Shown: one piece after another, positions 13,901 to 26,300 of the stretch | How positions within the stretch are numbered: position 1 is the first letter of the stretch | How the letters are laid out: every line of letters starts with the position of its first letter | Translations under genes and position numbers: made by a program | Assembly (NCBI GenBank): GCA_036172245.1 | Contig: JAYWIR010000034.1 | Span: 1,426,001 to 1,490,000, forward strand | DNA length: 64,000 bases | Direction of reading: 5' to 3' | Source of the DNA: Raillietiella orientalis | Taxonomy: Eukaryota | The notes under the pieces: model-generated | Told to the model about the DNA's origin: nothing | What the model saw: the letters and a program-made list of their open reading frames with translations, nothing else | Database searches by the model: none

Positions 13901-15125
13901 AGTATACTCCATCCTTTCCTGTCCAATCCTTGCTAAATGCAGTTCCTCGGGAATCATGATCACTGCAAGGTCGGTCTATCCACTCTCCCTTTATTTATTC
14001 GCTCGTTGGCCTTCCTCCTCCCTCCTGGTTCTCTCCCCTGTAAAAGATTTGCTCCGCTTTCGTTTTGGGCCACCGCATGCCGGTCCCTTTTTTCTTGTAA
14101 AAATGTCATTTATTTATTTTAATCAAATGGCTGGTCAATCCGGGATGGGATGGGTTCGGGTTCCTCCTACGCTGGAGTGCTCTTTGGAATTCCAACAGAC
14201 CTCCGAAAAGGTTGATCTGGTTGCATGCTCTCAGATGCGTTGGAGACGGTTTTCCGCCTTCCCTATCGGAATGAGCCGGGCGAAACTTATTGGAAAAAGC
14301 CCTTGACGCCCACCGAGTTTTTCTTCGGTTTCATCTACGCCCATAGTGCACGCGATCTGAGTACCGACAGCTCCTTCCTCAGTGCCTCCTTATCTCTCGG
14401 TTTTTTCATGATCACGAGTATCGTTTCCGAAAATTAGACAGATTTCTTTTCCTTCCAGGTATTTTTGCGCCCCCTGGTAGCCCGTTTCCATAGGAACGCT
14501 TGCCTTTCTAACGCATTCGGAAGTATCGGTATCGAGAATCGCAACTGAGGAGCAGGCGCAGATCAGCATGCTTGTCATTCCCTGTCTGCCGGCGTGACTG
14601 ACTCGTCGTCAATGTCCCTCCCACTCAGGAAACGCCCTGGTGATGCATGGCCACTGATTTTTAATTCAGGCTGTCGTCAGCGAATTTGCGGTCGTTGCTT
14701 TGCGATTCGAAGCGATTTCCCAGCTCACCAACCACATACATGGGGGGGGGGGCATTCTTTCTAATGAAAATTATTCTTTCATCGCCACCTCCATCACTAT
14801 CCTTATCAAATCGCTGATCAAAGGAAGATGATTTTGGAAAACCGCAATGGTTTCTGGTCTTCGCTTCACAGTAATACTGGACGTAGCACGAACGGACCAG
14901 GTGCAATATTTGCCAGGGGAGATCATCGAGCTGATACGGTCAGTCCGTAAGTACGACCTCTAGAGTGCTACGTAAGTTTGTGGAAGGACCTCCTGGAATG
15001 CAAAGACCTCCTGCTACGGCGGATGGTCCTACGTCCAGTATTGCAGCGGACCAGCATTGCGTGACCGTCGAGTCCGCAGGAGCAGGCTCCAAAAGCAGCA
15101 TAGGCGTGACCGTTTCATGGTAACC

Positions 15126-15182
15126 GAACTTCACGTGGACTGCAGTCACCATGGAATGGCAACTGCAGTCCACGTGAAATTC
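15126..15182. repeat. Inverted repeat / hairpin with 17-bp perfect arms
   Basis: TTCACGTGGACTGCAGT (15130-15146) pairs with ACTGCAGTCCACGTGAA (15162-15178). Additional pairing: inner CCAT/ATGG and outer GAA/TTC. Confidence 0.95.
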
Positions 15183-15730
15183 ATCCGAGCTGGCTCAGAA
15201 GGATGTTTCGCGAGACTGAGGTCCCCTCCTCAGAGAGGCGGCTTGAGGAAATATCTCGCGCGGCTCGCGACGACGGGGAAAGAGGAAAACATAGCGGCGA
15301 TTCGGAATTCGAAAGTATGGAGTTCCTTCCCTTGATTGGTCCCTCAGCTTGCTCGTTCCGCAAAGCATCTCTCCTCCAGAATCTCGTGCGCGTTGCACTC
15401 GTCCAAGACCAAACTCTGAACGTTTGGAGTGCTCCCAGATGTCTACCGGTTTCGTTTCCCTTTGCACACTTTCGCCGCCATTCCTTCGGGACTCCTTTCA
15501 AAGAGGACTGACGCACAGCTGAATTCGGCGTCCTCCTCGATCTCGCTTCGGGAACGCCAAGTCCGCTTCTCTGGCGCTAACCCACCTATTTCCTTCCTCG
15601 GGTTTCGCCAGTGGGTATCAGGAGCGGCAGGCACGACGCGCTTTCAAGCGGGCTATCCGTCTCCCAACCACGCAACCCGAATTTTTCTGGCTGCCATTTG
15701 GAGGTTCGTTCGCAGACTGCTTGCGATGCA

Positions 15731-15792
15731 TCCCACAAAGCGCTTCTTTGTGGGACGAATGTGCCATTCGTCCCACAAATTTGACGAATGGC
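15731..15792. repeat. Three overlapping inverted repeats (10, 15 and 10 bp arms)
   Basis: TCCCACAAAG/CTTTGTGGGA; TTTGTGGGACGAATG/CATTCGTCCCACAAA; GCCATTCGTC/GACGAATGGC. Confidence 0.95.
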
Positions 15793-15892
15793 CTCCATGC
15801 CTTCTATTTATTCGTGGGATTTCATAAATTGGTTCCCATTTCGATCATTGAACATTTCCCTCCGAACTGACGCGTCAGGTATTTACTCCTTT

Positions 15893-15915
15893 AGAGAGAG
15901 AGAGAGAGAGAGAGA
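15893..15915. repeat. (AG)11 microsatellite
   Basis: agagagagagagagagagagaga. Confidence 0.95.
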
Positions 15916-18900
15916 AAGGACTGTTTTTATTCGAATCGATCTTCGATTGCACGAATACTCTCTTCTTCTCTTTATGAACCACCTTTCTTTGCTGATCACG
16001 AAGGATTTCACCTCAGCAGTATCCTCCGTGATTAATGATTTGTTTATATATTTCGAAGAGACAAAGGGAGATGAGGCTTTGTTTTCAAGGCAAGCAGCAT
16101 CTTCTCACCGAAGGAAAACAACTCTGGTACTGTTTTTATGTCTGACGATTTTCCTCGCACGCATTCAAAGTGCGTGATAAAATCACATGTTTGTTCACAC
16201 TTGCTCGTGCCAGGTCCACTCGTACGCCGTGCTTTACAAACGACGAAATGAAAATTCAATCAGGAAATTCAATAGCAGGATACGCACGCGCACAGGCGGG
16301 CTCATCGGGCCCGTTGCTGTGGGATCGTGGTCCCCTGTATTGCCCTGCCTCTCCACCCTGAGCATCACCCAAACGTCTAGAGATAACCTTCATTTGACGT
16401 CGACAGCTTGCCGCGTACTTTCTCGGGGTTGGCAGAACCAACGCGCGATGGTTCGCTGGAAGCCATTTGCGGTCTTCGGAGCATACACGTCGGATCAGAT
16501 GCTGGAATTTCAGTCGGGTCATTCGGAGCCGAATGACGCGAGCTGATGACACCTATGCGCCTGATTGCACTTCCTTCGTCTTTCTTGGGCAAAAGGTGGA
16601 AGAATTATGAGCCAGAATAGAAGGCTCGTCAAGAATGTGTCATCGCACTTATTTTGTCAAAAACACGTGGCGACCCTATTCCCTTTTACACGTGTCAAGT
16701 GCAATCACACTCGGAATGAATTTGCAGCAGCACGCTTCCCTTTGCTCGCCTTCAGCTGTTTCCCTAAATTTAGTCATTTGCTGCCAATATTTGTCCAGCC
16801 TCCATGCCATCAGCACGTTACCTGGGAACTGTTTTGCAAGCGATCCTATCCGATCGGGACAAAAGCTCCATCTCCTTCTGTCGGGAGTCATCATGCGGGT
16901 TTGGCAGCATCTTTAAAGACTGACGTGAGGACTTAGATCTAGGGCATGAATAACACTCTTGCTGATAAGACAAACAGAAAACGGAAGTCCCTTGGCGTTT
17001 CTCGCTGACGACCTTTTGCGCTCCTCGGCTTTCTCAAACTCCGCATCCAGAAAATCCAGAGAGTTCTTTCTCTTCCCCGGTTCCCCCCGTACTCCGATTT
17101 CCAAGGTTCAAAATCCCTGCCTGCGGTAAGGCCTCTCTCCTTGCAGGCCGTTTGCTCCGCAGCGTCTTGTTTTCTCCGTGAGTTTCGTGAGATGAAGGAT
17201 TTCTCGAAAGCTGCTCATCATGTGGAGTCCTCCGGTTCAAAGACATGTATGTGACGTGTGCCGAGGGGCTCCACCCTTCTGGGGTGCGTAAAGCTCCAGA
17301 AATTACAAATACTCAACTACCTTCAATCCACAAACAATTAGTGGCCAACGAGTTTGCAGGTGGACGAGTTCTGTCAGCTCCTGCGCAGCGGAGCAGTGGT
17401 GGAGTCGGTCTACTCGATCGATTGTCCGACGAACCGACCCGTGGTTGCATCTTGGTGGAGGCTGGAAAGTTGAAGCGAGAAGGTTGCGAACGCTTCCTCG
17501 CTCCGCTCGTCTGATTACGTGTCACTCTCGAAGCGCGCACGCATCCATTTCATCCGCGTCGGGAACTCACGGGCAATCTTGCCGGGCTGTTCTCTTATAG
17601 CGAGGATGGCTCCAGGAATCTTCGGGGGAGATGGGGAAAGGGGTTTACAGGTTCCGCATAGACGATGGAATGTGGATAGCCCTTTCCCCTCGACATGAGC
17701 CCAAATTGGGATGAGCAGTACAGAAACCAGCCTCATTGCTTGCTCAAGAAATTCCTCTTTCTCCTCCTCCTCCCTCTCTCCACACTTCGACTATTCCCCA
17801 ATCTCAAGATCAAACACGTCCATGAACGTCACGCTTCAATCGCAGACCGGAAGAAAGGTGTGCTCCCCTTACCTCTCTGTTTGCGGGTCCTTCTCTGCTT
17901 CTTCCGAGTCAGAAGCTGTGTCAACTTGTCTCCCGGAACGATGGAGAGTGTTCGGACATCCCTTCCTCTGCTGTTCTTGAGCGTCCCTGTTTCGAGCCCA
18001 TCTCCCTGCTCGTCTCGCAGTTTTTGCGAAGGGAAACTTGCATAGCTCTGTTTTTCCTGGGATATGAGGTACGAAGCGGGCGACTGAGGACAGACTAACC
18101 GGTCAAGACATCCCGTCCCCTCCCTAACCCTTCTTCTCTACCTGGAGTAGGTCCTCGGAAATCGCCTTTTGCACCGTGAGGTCGGTCCACTTTATCCCCT
18201 ATTTATTCGATTATGTATTGTTTCCTGTTTCCCTACTCCTCCTCCGCTTTTTCCCGGTGCCGTCCCCAGCGAGGGCAGTCCATTCCATTTCGGGCCGGCG
18301 CACGTCGGTCCTTCTCCGACTGCATAAATTTTATTTATTTACTTCACATAAATAGCCTGGCAATCCAGGACGGGAAGGTCGGTCTCCTTCTTTTGGGCAG
18401 CAACAAACACTGCAGTAGGGGAGAGGGAAGGGGAAGGAGGTGACGGAATTTAAGGGAACTTTTCTCCCATTTTTTTCCGTTCTCTCCCTGAGGGCACTCG
18501 ACAGCCCTGCCTAACCCCCGTGCTTCTCTCGTGGAACCATCGATCAGTCCGCATTGCCATTGGAAACTCCGTAGGCATGCCCTCGTTTCCCCAGAGGAGC
18601 TCTATTCTCTGCTGTTCGGTCCCATGCAGGGGGGGGAGCGTCCTGCTCTTCCAGCGGTGAATGGACGGATTAGCTAGGAATGAAGTGATTCCTGGTGATC
18701 TCCAGCTCCATTTGTCGCAAGCGGACGCCTGCCATTGTTCGCAGTCGCGTGATGTCCCTGTTCGCCTATGCCCTCCAGAATGCGACCGGAGGTGACTTTC
18801 CTCCCGGGTCGTGAATGAGGACTCAGTGCAGGACGCGAGTCCCAGAGACCTTTGACGCGGGAAGCACCCCTCAGCCGGAATGGTTTCAATGACGCAGGGG

Positions 18901-21900
18901 AAACTCGGAGAGCTGACAGGAAGGAAACCCATGTCTCGAGCCAGGGGGTGCCGCCGAACTCCGGAAGACGGCACAGAGGGAAAGGGAGAAGCGGTGCGGG
19001 GAACCTGCAGAAACTGCCGAAAAAAGCGAAACATGCACGGAGCAAGGAGTTCTCTCTGCGTCCCAGCACTTCTTGCGCCGGCCTCGGTGCTGCTTCCCCC
19101 TCCGAGGGAAGCTCTGCTCACTCAGTCCCCTTCCCTTTCCCAACGTCATCCCGAGAAGGCCGAGGCATTCTCAAGGATGAACATCGAGGCACCGTTGCCT
19201 AAGGAAAGGCAGAGGAGTGCAGCTGAGTTGGGACGGCGAGATAGCACAGAGCGCAACGAATGTGGTTAGGGAATAATTCCAAGAGCGGGATTCTTGGAAA
19301 TCAGGGCTTGAAAGATAGATCCATGAATCGTCACCAAGTGCCAGTGCGCACCTCTCTGCAGATCGTCAATGATAGGATGAGATGAACCTTCCATCCTCCA
19401 TCCATACAGTCAGTTGGCATGCTCAATCCTTCCGGCAAGCGACGCGCTAGCATCTTGTGGAAAAGGGGAAGAAGGATGGGAAACGAGATTTCGTGTCTTC
19501 AGAGTGAGAGGGCAGAATTAGCTACTTCTCAAATGTCCCTCGTTGGTGGCATTTGAGTTTGTTTTCCACCCTTGTGACACGAAAAGTGTTCTAAGTTCCT
19601 CTACCTCTGGCACTTCCAGACCAGGTGGAGAACGCCTTTTCCTTCAGAAGGAAAGATCGCCGCACCACGAGATGACATGCAGAAGAGACTCGTCAGCGGA
19701 AATTTCAGCTTCAGAAGAAAAGTACCTGGAAGACCCAAAAAATCCTCTGAGAAAGTGGAAACAAGAAAAAGAGAAGAGAGCTCGACTTTTCCATCTCAAC
19801 ACGTGTGCGTGGCTGTTCCTGAGAATGCAGACTCTTCTTGTATGTTCTGATGAAGAAACTTTCTTCCTCTTTCTTCCCCCGTACCTCTCATTTCGGCTTG
19901 CTTACGCATTTCCTCCGATTTCTCCATGTTCTCTTATTTCAGAAAGGCTGTCCAGTACCTGGATGCAAAGATTCTCTTCAGTCTTTTCCACAAGTCTCTG
20001 TCACATGCCGATGCTGGGGTAAATGTTTTTTTTGGGCTCCAACTGTCTCCTATTGACCAAGCATTTCACCGGTGCCACTATCCTCGGCGATTCTTTTGCT
20101 CGTTGAGGAAAAGAAGCTCTCTGATAGCTTGAGTGGTGGCTTTTCTCAAGTAGGGATTACTCGGGAAGCACAGAAGGCACGAAAATTTTCGACAACCTGG
20201 CTTGAGGATCTCTCAAGAGGAATTTCTCATCTCGATTCTCAGAGGCATTCCGAAATCTTTTCCTGGAGATCTTATTCCAGAGTGCCTCTCCACTTCCAGA
20301 AGTTCCCTGCTTCCATGTGCATCCTTAGATGCACACTATAGCAAATCCTCCTCAATGAATCGAAGGGTAGGAAAAGCAATCGTAATCAAGAGTTCAAATG
20401 GGACCTGACCGCCTTTTTCAGGATGAGGAATACCTCGCGCAGAGAAAACAAAGGGTAGATATCACCGCTCTTTGCTACTGAAGAAGCTCAGTACACTTCA
20501 CCGGCTCATCAGAGTTCTCATTTGCTGAATTTGAAGGCTAGAGCTCGGACTGTCAGATCCGTAACGTCTCCAGTGATTCGTTTGGTAAGCATCTTGCAGG
20601 AGTATCGCTACTACTACCAGGATCGACCTACGCCGAAACACTTCGAAACCTCCACCAATTCTCCGAAATCTGAGGAATCTGACGTTCCCTTATTCAAGCA
20701 CTCTGGAACACGGGAGCGGCTCCAGCCCGGTGGCGGTTCGGTGGAGGAGCGACTCTTGAGAGCCACTCCTCTGCAGGGTCAGATTGAGCAGGTGGAGGAT
20801 TGTGCTCCCCTTATCGGATTTCGACATCCTGCTGTCCTTAGAAATGAACATCTTTTATGGGATCGCACTGGCGTTGCACCGGGCTCGTTTCGTTCATCCG
20901 AAAGCGCCAGCTCTGCTTACCAAACCAACGCGCTGGGGACGCTGACGGGTCCGACAGTGCGAACTTCAGCGTCCACGCAGCCTTGACTCTCACTCATTTT
21001 AATTTTTAGAGCAGCTGAGGTCATCTCCCTCAAAGCCGGAGAGAAGCTTGTTCGCTACCTGCAAACTAAAGACGCGCATACTGCTTGGAGAGCTCGGAAA
21101 CGAAGCAGTTGTATAAATGGCCACCTTCATCTCGCGGGCGACCGCCGGCAGGACTGATCTCAAACGTGAAGCAGATGAGCGCATTCGTTCCGAGTTCTCC
21201 TGCGGTGGGATGTCACCAACGAGGTCTGCAGGCACTGTTCTGGGAGGGCCGATCCTCCGGAGGAGCAGACCCCTCGCAGACGTTCTCTCACGTCCTCCCC
21301 TCCGTCACCACGCGGCGGGAGAAGATTGGTGCAGATCCTTGGGATGTTCAAGGTCTAAATGCAGGCGGTGTTTGGGAGCACCTACGTTCTCCCGAATGTT
21401 CCAAGTTCTGTTCTTCCCGGACGACCAAGAGCTGCCTGACAGAATGTCTGCTCTATTGGCGACGAGAACGATCAGAAGCTCCCTCTCGCAGAAAGAGCGA
21501 GGTGTTTCGAGGTGGTACTTCGAATTCGTAAAGCCCACCTTCTATTTGTTTGTTTGTTTGTTTTATTGCCTCCTCCTCCTTGCTTGGAAATCGCCAGTGA
21601 AAAACATCGCAAATCAAGTGCTGCGTGTAAAGCAAGTCGGATGCAGTTATGTGTGCTCGCGTCAGATGATCAGCTTGCGAGAATCCATCATGTTTTTCCA
21701 TTTCTCGGAAAAAGGAAATCGAGAATTTATCATTTCGCCGTGCTCCAGCAAGGAAGCTGGGAAACCGCCATTTAAATTCCTCAGGGAAAAAACTGGTAAT
21801 TTATGTAGGTGTTTTCTAAATTTCTAATTCATAAATTATCTTTGTTCCTGAGGTCATAAACACCAATTACTGAGTCTCCCACAGTAGGAAGCAGATGCAA

Positions 21901-23313
21901 AAAGCGATGCAGAAAAATGGATGCATCCACTCCGGACCTGCGAACAGTCTGCGTAGATCAAGGAGGGTATTGCAGCAATGCGGAGTATGGCGTCAGCCAT
22001 AGATTCCGCTTTCGAGAAAGAGGAATTTTCGAAGATTTCGAAACGCGTTCTGCTCGGAAAAGAGACAGGCTCCAGGGTGTTACTGCCAGCAAGCGCAAAC
22101 CTTCTCTCGCTCTCTGAGGTAGGAAACTTTGGGGACGGAAGGAAGGATGGCGGCGAGCCATGAAACCCAGCTAGAACGCTTCGGAATCGCAAGGGGTGGG
22201 TGGTGAGACAGAGAGAATAAAACCGCGCCGAAGACTTCCAATCTAGGCGACGAGCCTTTCATTCCGGATGGCCAGGCCATTTATTCAAAATAAATAAGTG
22301 AACTTTGTGCAGTTAGACAAGGACCGGCATGCGGTCACCAGGGAGATTTGGGGGGGGGGGGGGGATGGATCGGCCTAGCCTCACGTTGCTGGAGATGGTG
22401 CTCCGAGCACCTGCGTCGGAAAATAAAGGGATGGAATGAAGGAGGGCATGCGTTCACCGGTTTGGGGACAGTCTGCCCACATAATCGCCGAGGACTCCCA
22501 TTTCGTGTCCCTCCATGCATTTTCCATTCAGGCAATGGCTATCGCAAACGGCTTTCCAGGATGACAGCTACATCCTTCCTCACGTGGAAAATAATAGTCA
22601 GAGGGAGGACAAACGGTGATCCTGGAGAAATGTGCGTTTGTTTAAAGCATAGAGATCTGAAGTGCCTCGGAGAAGCGCTGACGCAGATTCCGCAAGTGTG
22701 GAAGGGTTTCCATTCCCTCTCACACTCCTTAAGCACCCTTGCGCAGGTGCTGATGCTGGAGACGGGAGGCGACGGTGCTGTCCATCGTCGCTTCGGCAAA
22801 GCCCAGCGAGCGCCTTCCCCTACGAGCGCGAGAAGGAAAAAAGCGGCCGTCAAGGGACTGACTATCACGATCGCGCTGTGGTTCTCTTGAGCTAAGATGC
22901 AGAGGGAAAGATGAAGGAGCCTGTGACGAGACCGGCTGTGGACTCGCTCATCCTCGTTAGTGGCCGAAGCGGCATGGACAGATAGCAGCAGCAGATGATG
23001 GAAGCAGGAGTCGCGCATGCCGTGCCCGATAAGCCTGCAGATAACTTCTTCCTTCACCTCCTCCTCCGCCTGTTTATTCCCCTGCTCTTCCGTGCAGATA
23101 GGTTTCCCGCTGTCAGTCTCGAAAAATAGGAAGTAGGATTAGACGCCGTAAAAATCGCCTGATGCTTGTTTTCGCATGTGCAGAGTGCACACCTCCGACC
23201 GCTCCCCGAGGAAGCGTTTGTTGTCCTCTCGGGAGCTGCTGCCTCCGCTGCCAAGCGTCTCACGGGCTTCGTTTACTCTAGGAAAATTTTTCCGGACCCC
23301 CTGGCAACCCCTA

Positions 23314-23342
<29 letters not shown>
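23314..23342. repeat. (GCT)9 microsatellite
   Basis: Uninterrupted gct repeats. Confidence 0.95.
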
Positions 23343-23344
<2 letters not shown>

Positions 23345-26300
23345 ACCAGTCAGTCCGTCAGTCGCGCAGACCTCTTTTTGAAGGATAAGAGATACGCATC
23401 TTCGGTTCGCGAACCTCCGTCGGCAGCCCGAGATGCGGAGGCAAAGTTGGGGACGAAAAGGAGGAGGAGGAGAGAGGGGGGGGGGATGCTACGGCGTCGT
23501 CTCTGAAAAATCGATCAGCAGCCCAAGGGAGCACGCGTGTCCACGGAGGAAATGCCGGCGTATTTCATCCAGAAATTGGTCCTCGCCTCGTACCAAAAGT
23601 AAAAGCTGTCAGTGATCTTGTGCATCGGCGCAGACGTGGGGCGATCGTAAACACGAGGTGCCGCGTTCGCAACCCATAAAAAAATAAAAATAAAAAATAA
23701 AAGCAACCGCATCTGCGAGCGCAGTTTCCAAGCATACGCAGAGGGCGAATTCGGGAGGTCTTGACCCTGCTGGACTGCTCTGCAGCCATTTCCGTCTGGA
23801 AAGCGAACCGGGAAAAAGAAAAACGGGTTTGAGTGGCAGGGTTCATCGAGGGAGAAAGGGAGATCCTCGAGGCAACCTAAGAGATCTTTTGCCCCTGCCC
23901 TTCTGCTAAGCCCCACAGAACGCTGAGCGAGGCGTTCGAAGGTGTGAGCTCTCCGCGGACTCCATGTAAGTCCGTACGGAGGACGAGCGCAATATCGCTT
24001 CCGTGTCTTCAGTAAAGAGGGGAACGGAAAAGTCTATCACCGCGTGCCTGTTCGTTCCCAGTGTGGAAGGAGAGAAATGCGTCCAGGGATTCGCCAAAGA
24101 GCCGTGAGCTCGAAGCATATCCAGGAATGCTGAGGATGGAAGCGGAGGAGCGAGCATTCTTGATCCCGAGGGATCGTTTGCCGCTCCCGAAAGCGCTACC
24201 GATAACTCGGTCTGGGGTGCTCGTCCGTGTCTTGCAGCCGGCGGGAGCACATTGCAGTCGATGCAGACGCGGGAGAGTATGGCAGCAACACTTCGGATCG
24301 GAGTCTTTCAAGAGCTCCAGACTGGTCCTTCTTCTTCAACAGACAAGACCAGGGTGCCTTCTTTTTCTAATCGTGTTCTTTAAGACGAGGACCCTTTGGG
24401 AAGGCGCATTGGGTTTCCGAGGTCCTTTCCGGTCCTGCGGCGCGCGCACTCAGCGTGGTTACTTTCAAGCTGAAGAACGTCAGCTCCCAAAGACACTTCA
24501 CTGGGCGAAAGAAAGGATAAGAGAAGAAGAAATGAGGATTTAGGCATCGGCAGCTGAACTTCTCGGTCCTCCGCCTCGCGGTGTTGCCGCGACATCTTTA
24601 TTTCTCCCGAAATCGATCCAGATGATGAATCTCCTCTCCACCCTCCCAGTGTGCACCCGCTGACCTTACCCTGCTTTGGCAGGGGCAGATTGTTTTACGC
24701 ATCGACCGGATTCAATAAATGGGAGGCGCTAACTGCAGATTGCAAGGCCAGGCGCCATTCCGTTGCGATTTGTGGTAATCCCGGGCGGGACGAGTCGCCC
24801 ACAGCTTTTAATTAATCTGATCTGGTTTGATTTAAAGCGTCTGCGAGGGATGCTGATGCGCCAGCACCACCAAGGAGAGAGTTTCTCACTCGGAAGTCAG
24901 CCAGCATCGGCACTGTGCGGATTCGGAACTCGTGCCGATTCGTCTACTAGAAAAAGAAAGAAAAAAAAAAAAACAGCAAGAAGGAAAAAAAAAAATAGTC
25001 CTTCCTCTATCCGCATTTCCCTTTTTTTCATTTTCGTTTCCAGCCCAGATTTCTGGGGACTCTCGGACAGCCCTACTGGGACTCCGAAGGCTCTCTGGTG
25101 GCGTGATTGGACAACGCTTCTCGGCGGAGCTGCCATTGGCCAGTTTGCTTCGAGATTTTAACGAGCTTTGGAAGGCACGCAGAAATAAATAATCCGGACG
25201 TAACCTAATCAGAGAGGACGGGAGATGCAGTCTCGATGGCTCGGTGAGAGGCACTTTTATCCGAAGACGATTCGTTGCATTTACGAGACAGCATCCAATC
25301 CAAGGATAAGCAGTCTCGACCTCCCTGTGATTGAATTCCTGAAGGGGGAGGCCTCTGCGAGCTAAAAACCGGGATCGATATTGGCTGCAGGAGGAGAGAA
25401 TATCGCATCGGAAAACATGAAGACGCGCAGAGGAAGCGAACCATCATCGCTTTCCCGCTCGGATCCAGGAGCGAGGCTAGCAAAGAGCGAGGTGCAGTGG
25501 GGAAACTGGAAAGAGCCATCGGGGATCCAGAGAGCCACAGGGTTTCAACTTGACAAGAGGAGAAGAGTGATAGGAGGAGCATTTGGGTGTGCGGTGAAGC
25601 GCTTAGCCGGGAGATGAAGGTGGTCAGCAGTAGATTGCATCGAAGCCAAGAACCTGCTTCGGGAAGAATGATGTCTGCAAGTCCTGCGTTGAGGGGGTTG
25701 AGGTTAGAGGCAACAAGCCATAAGACTTGGAAACATCCCAGGCTGTTGGCCGACTACCTAGGAGGAGTGTCAAAAAAAAAAAAAAAACTCTGAAAATTTG
25801 AGAAGGGACGTGGGGCGCTCTAACCACTGGACGTGGTCGAGATCAAGTTTTGAGGTATGGTCTGTGCTTTCCAGGATCTTGGTACGAGGGTAGCCTCATG
25901 CTTGGAAGCTTTCTTTCTTTATTGCGATTCCGAACTTTGCTAGAAGTCTTCAGAGAGGCTGCCCATGCTCCATCCGATGAGCTGCAGCTGTCATTTTGCT
26001 ACCAGACGTTCTCTTCGATCGTGGAAAGGAAGGCGTTCCAAAGAAATACCTGAAGAGCACATATTCTGGCTTCCTCTTAGCCATAAGAACTTTACTGAGA
26101 TTTCCTTCCTCTCTTGGAAATTCTTTCTGATTGAAAAATTGCATGTTGAGGAGACGCTCTTCCAATGATGCCGTCCAAGGTCAGCATAACAGCTCGCTTA
26201 TGTTGTGTCCCGTGGTTTTCCGCTTTCAATCCTACAGACATCCTTTTTATCCTTTCTGTGTAGCACGGAAAGACTGTGCCGTCAGCATCATCCAGGTTTT

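Noticed and set aside
14440..14465. Other acceptor-plus-GT junctions (CAG|GTATTT here; also ~8972 and ~40566)
   Set aside because: Donor halves or pyrimidine tracts are weak compared with the 41937 site.
14997..15010. 14-nt identity (AATGCAAAGACCTC) with 7899-7912
   Set aside because: Several 14-mer matches are expected by chance in a 64-kb self-comparison, and the flanks do not align.
22005..22060. GAA/TTC-rich stretch resembling a heat-shock element
   Set aside because: The 5-bp alternating phase is not maintained for three clean units, and there is no adjacent promoter.
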